A stretch of 64,000 nucleotides of DNA. It comes from Chiloscyllium plagiosum. Taxonomy: Eukaryota. The position numbers and the translations under genes are program-made. Shown piece by piece: positions 62,118 through 64,000 of this stretch (within the stretch, counting starts at the first letter, position 1; every line of letters starts with the position of its first letter). Under the pieces are notes generated by a model. It was not told where the DNA came from. It searched no databases and worked only from the letters and a program-made list of their open reading frames with translations. Location of the stretch: positions 11,134,881 to 11,198,880 of the forward strand of contig NC_057746.1 of assembly GCF_004010195.1 (NCBI RefSeq), written 5' to 3'.

Positions 62118-62210
62118 GATGATAACGGCAACATCTGGACAAGTGCTTCCACATTCATCACTCTTTACTTCCTCAGTATTTTCTACAGTGCGGTCGTCAC
62201 TCTTGTGAAG
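62118..62210 (+). pseudogene. IGHM: IgM transmembrane exon TM1 (5' end damaged)
   Basis: DDNGNIWTSASTFITLYFLSIFYSAVVTLVK followed by donor aag|gtgaga at 62211; antigen-receptor TM (CART) pattern WTxASTFIxLFxLSxFYSxxVTLxK. In-frame TAA at 62115-62117 and no clear acceptor. Too short to appear in the ORF track. TM2 not found before the CR1 starting near 62330. Confidence 0.92.
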
Positions 62211-62329
62211 GTGAGAATAATAAAGTCTTTCAGGCGTCATGCAGCAGAATACATTTTGTTAAATTTCTAAGCCATTGTTCTTCCATTTGGAAGGCAGAGG
62301 GAGTTATTGAGATTGATTACAGCGAGGTA

Positions 62330-64000
62330 GTTTCTCCACAGCTCCGTGAAGAATGCAGATGTGTTACCGTCAGGGAATGGAAAGGGACCCTGTAGGGTGT
62401 GCAGTGATCTCCTGTGATGCTTTCCATCAACAACAAGTGTACTGTTTTGGATACTGTTGGGGGTTGACTTACGAGGGGTAAGCAATGGAGAGCAGGTCTT
62501 GGCGCAGAGTCTGTCCCTGGTCCTCAGAGGGAAAGGGGGAAGAGAAGAAGCGCTTTAGTTACTGGTGATCCCATAGTTAGGGGACACATTGTAGGCTTTG
62601 AGGGAAAAGGAGAGTCTCACAATTAGTTTGTTGCATCCCAGGTGCCAGGGTTCACGATGTTTCTGATTGTGTTTTCGGGATCCTTGAGGGGGCGAAGGGG
62701 CAGCACAAAGTCGAGGCTCCCATAGGCACGAACGACATAGCAAGGACGAAAGGTGGGGATCAAAGGCAGAAATTCAGGGAGCTAAGTTGGATGCTTAGAA
62801 TTAGAACGAACAGAGTGGTTATATCTAGTTTGTTGCATCTGCCATGTGCTAGTGAAACGAGGAACAACGGGGGAGAGAGGAGCTCAACACATGGCTAGAT
62901 GGATGGTGCAGGAGGGAGTGTTTTGGATTCTTGAAGTATTCGAACTCTTGCTGAGGAAGGTGGGACCTCTACCAGCAGGGTGGCGTTTACCTGAACCTGT
63001 AGAGTACCAATGTTCTGCAGAGTAGGAAAGTTGTTGATGCTCTTTGTAGGGGGTTTAACCTAATGCAGCAGGGGGGGTGGGAAACAGACGTTTCGTCCAG
63101 TGTACATGAAGTTGAGGTTAGTGAGGACAGGGATAGGTTTAAAAGGCCGTGAGACAGCACAAGCAACCAGGATGTTGGTTTGAAATGTGTGCACTTCAAT
63201 GACACGAGCATCCAGAATGAAGCGGGTGAACTTGCTGCATGGGTTGGTACCTGGGATGCACCATGGCTAGAGCAGGGGCATGGCTAGACGAGGGACAGTA
63301 ATGATTGCGATAGATTCCGGGGTTTAGATATTTCAGCAAGAACAGAGATGATGTTAAACGTTGGGGGTGGTTGGAAGGCATTGATAATCAAGTGTAAGAT
63401 AACAACAGCTGAGAGAACATTTGCACACTTATCCAAAGAGGTCATTTGAGCTGAGTTTGGAAACAGTAAATGAGAGGTCACCCTGTCGGGTGTTTTCTAC
63501 AGGCCTCCTAATTGTTCCAGATTTAAGAGGAAAGGTTAGTAAAGAAGATTCTCGATCGGAGCGACAGTAACATTGTAGTTGTTATGAGGGACATTAACTT
63601 CCCCAATACTTACTGGGAATACTATAGTTCGAGCAGTTTAGATGGATCAGTCTTTGTTCAATATGTCCAAGAGGGTTTTCTGATACAGTGTGTAGACAGG
63701 CCAACAAGGGGGCATGCCATATTGGATTTGATACTGCGAAATGAGCCCGCAGGTGTTTGTTTTGGAGTTAGATGAGCAGTTTGGCGATAATGACCATAAT
63801 TCGTTTATGTTTACAATAGCAATGAGCAGGGAAAGGTATATACTGCAGAGAATCGTGTATTACTGGGGGGAAAGCAATTACGATGCGATTAGCAAAATTT
63901 AGGATGTCTACAATGGACAAGGAAACTGCACTTGGAATGTGGGGCTCATTCAAGGAACACTGTGGGTTCTTGACATGTATATACGTATAAGGCAGGGAGG
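62330..64000 (+). mobile_element. CR1 LINE 5' part (ORF1 esterase and ORF2 endonuclease), runs off window
   Basis: LVTGDPIVRG-type esterase, GLKCVHFN start of ORF2, DINFPN, PTRGHAILDLIL. Confidence 0.85.

Noticed and set aside
1-64000. CRISPR arrays, prokaryotic operons or defence systems
   Set aside because: No repeat-spacer structure or dense coding; the window is vertebrate repeat-rich DNA and most ORF-track entries are chance or antisense frames of retroelements.

Overview
Eukaryotic, non-microbial DNA, almost certainly from an elasmobranch (shark): it carries HE1-type SINEs, HER1/CR1 LINEs and shark-type IgM exons. Most of the window is nested, mostly decayed retroelements. These include several CR1 LINEs and at least three Penelope-like families, whose pseudo-LTRs carry minimal hammerhead motifs and form inverted structures, several with ~15-bp target duplications. 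There is also a Gypsy (Gmr1-like) relic with LTRs, and a ~7.5-kb minus-strand class I/epsilon-like endogenous retrovirus (LTR-PBS-gag-pro-2H phosphoesterase-RT-RH-IN-env-LTR) with a truncated relative that uses a different primer tRNA. The only clearly recognisable host gene is a disabled IgM heavy-chain constant region (Cmu2, Cmu3, Cmu4+secretory tail, TM1) at 56.7-62.2 kb. I found no convincing VH, D, JH or intact Cmu1 upstream. No intact protein-coding gene is supported. All family assignments come from motif recognition and recalled reference sequences, not database searches; boundaries of old repeats are approximate.
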